From Bacillota bacterium (GTDB lineage Bacteria; Bacillota; Clostridia; Acetivibrionales; DTU013): a DNA stretch of 64,000 bases. The DNA is taken from assembly GCA_023439545.1 (NCBI GenBank), contig JAEXNT010000011.1:139659-203658 (forward strand), in the 5' to 3' direction. Below the pieces are notes generated by a model. It had not been told where the DNA came from. It saw only the letters and a program-made list of their open reading frames with translations, and ran no database searches. The translations under genes and the position numbers were made by a program. This document shows, one piece after another, positions 63,713 through 64,000 of this stretch; positions within the stretch are counted from its first letter, which is position 1; each line of letters starts with the position of its first letter.

Positions 63713-64000
63713 CCTCTCTCATCCATTCCAACATCGATTTTATCTTTCTGCAGTCTTCTAAATTGATCTGGACTATAGTGATCATTTTTTGTAATGCTCT
63801 ATCGCGGCAACAATTTAAGGCTCGTGGGCTACATTTCAGTTCCTGGGCTATTACTTTCCACGTCTTATAGTGGAAATATTTCTGTTCAATCAGTAAACGC
63901 TCTTGCCGGTGTAATGCTCTGACTCCGATATCGATTTTCATGATTATAGCACTGACCAGCAAAATATCTTGCTGTATTTTTTCAATTTCTTCTGTAATCC
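63702..64000 (-). CDS. Sigma-70 region-4 / ArpU-like transcriptional regulator (5' end outside window)
   Basis: ERLLIEQKYFHYKTWKVIAQELKCSPRALNCCRDRALQKM is a region-4 HTH pattern. The frame stays open to the window edge. Confidence 0.6.
   Translation of the reverse strand, partial: ITEEIEKIQQDILLVSAIIMKIDIGVRALHRQERLLIEQKYFHYKTWKVIAQELKCSPRALNCCRDRALQKMITIVQINLEDCRKIKSMLEWMREDEK

Larger units (their letters stand above)
51574..64000. mobile_element. Integrated mobile element (IME/ICE-like transfer module plus phage-like module), continues beyond the window
   Basis: Abrupt shift to AT-rich DNA at the tRNA remnant. Contents are FtsK plus Replic_Relax, Xis-type and XRE HTH genes, an ArpU-like regulator and many ORFans. 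Confidence 0.8.

Overview
The window has two parts. Bases 1-51,570 look like core chromosome of a spore-forming, Clostridia-type Firmicute at roughly 50% GC; the taxon is inferred from gene content only. Recognisable genes include the priA-def-fmt-rsmB-rlmN-stp-prkC-rsgA-rpe-thiN block, infC-rpmI-rplT, helD, rqcH, tyrS, RNase J, trkH with two trkA genes, an alpha/beta SASP, CotF-like coat proteins, a DacB/F-type carboxypeptidase, FapA/DUF342 and a UgtP-like glycosyltransferase. There is also an orphan three-gene TadE/TadG-like operon. From about 51,574 to the window edge lies an AT-rich integrated mobile element. It abuts a displaced 3' half of a tRNA (anticodon loop reads CUG, Gln-like) together with that tRNA's terminator. 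The element carries XRE and excisionase-type HTH regulators, a translationally coupled FtsK/SpoIIIE and replication-relaxation pair, a YfbU-like gene and several ORFans. The most interesting part is a compact minus-strand operon (64,000 to 60,014). It is headed by a sigma-70-region-4/ArpU-like regulator and encodes a prohead-protease-like protein with no capsid partners, a proteasome-like Ntn-fold protein with Cys in place of the nucleophilic Thr, and small proteins that share motifs with each other. I consider this operon the best candidate for an undescribed system. Other non-coding signals are: a family of GTCCC(C)/GGGGAC hairpin repeats in intergenic regions (including a 57-bp tandem array upstream of trkA), a duplicated hairpin between rpmI and rplT, an orphan promoter-terminator unit that may be an sRNA, a structured 260-bp rsmB-rlmN spacer with a 19-codon sORF, and GC-rich islands inside the AT-rich element. 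I saw no rRNA gene, no intact tRNA and no CRISPR array. All protein family calls come from by-eye motif recognition on the supplied translations; no database search was run.
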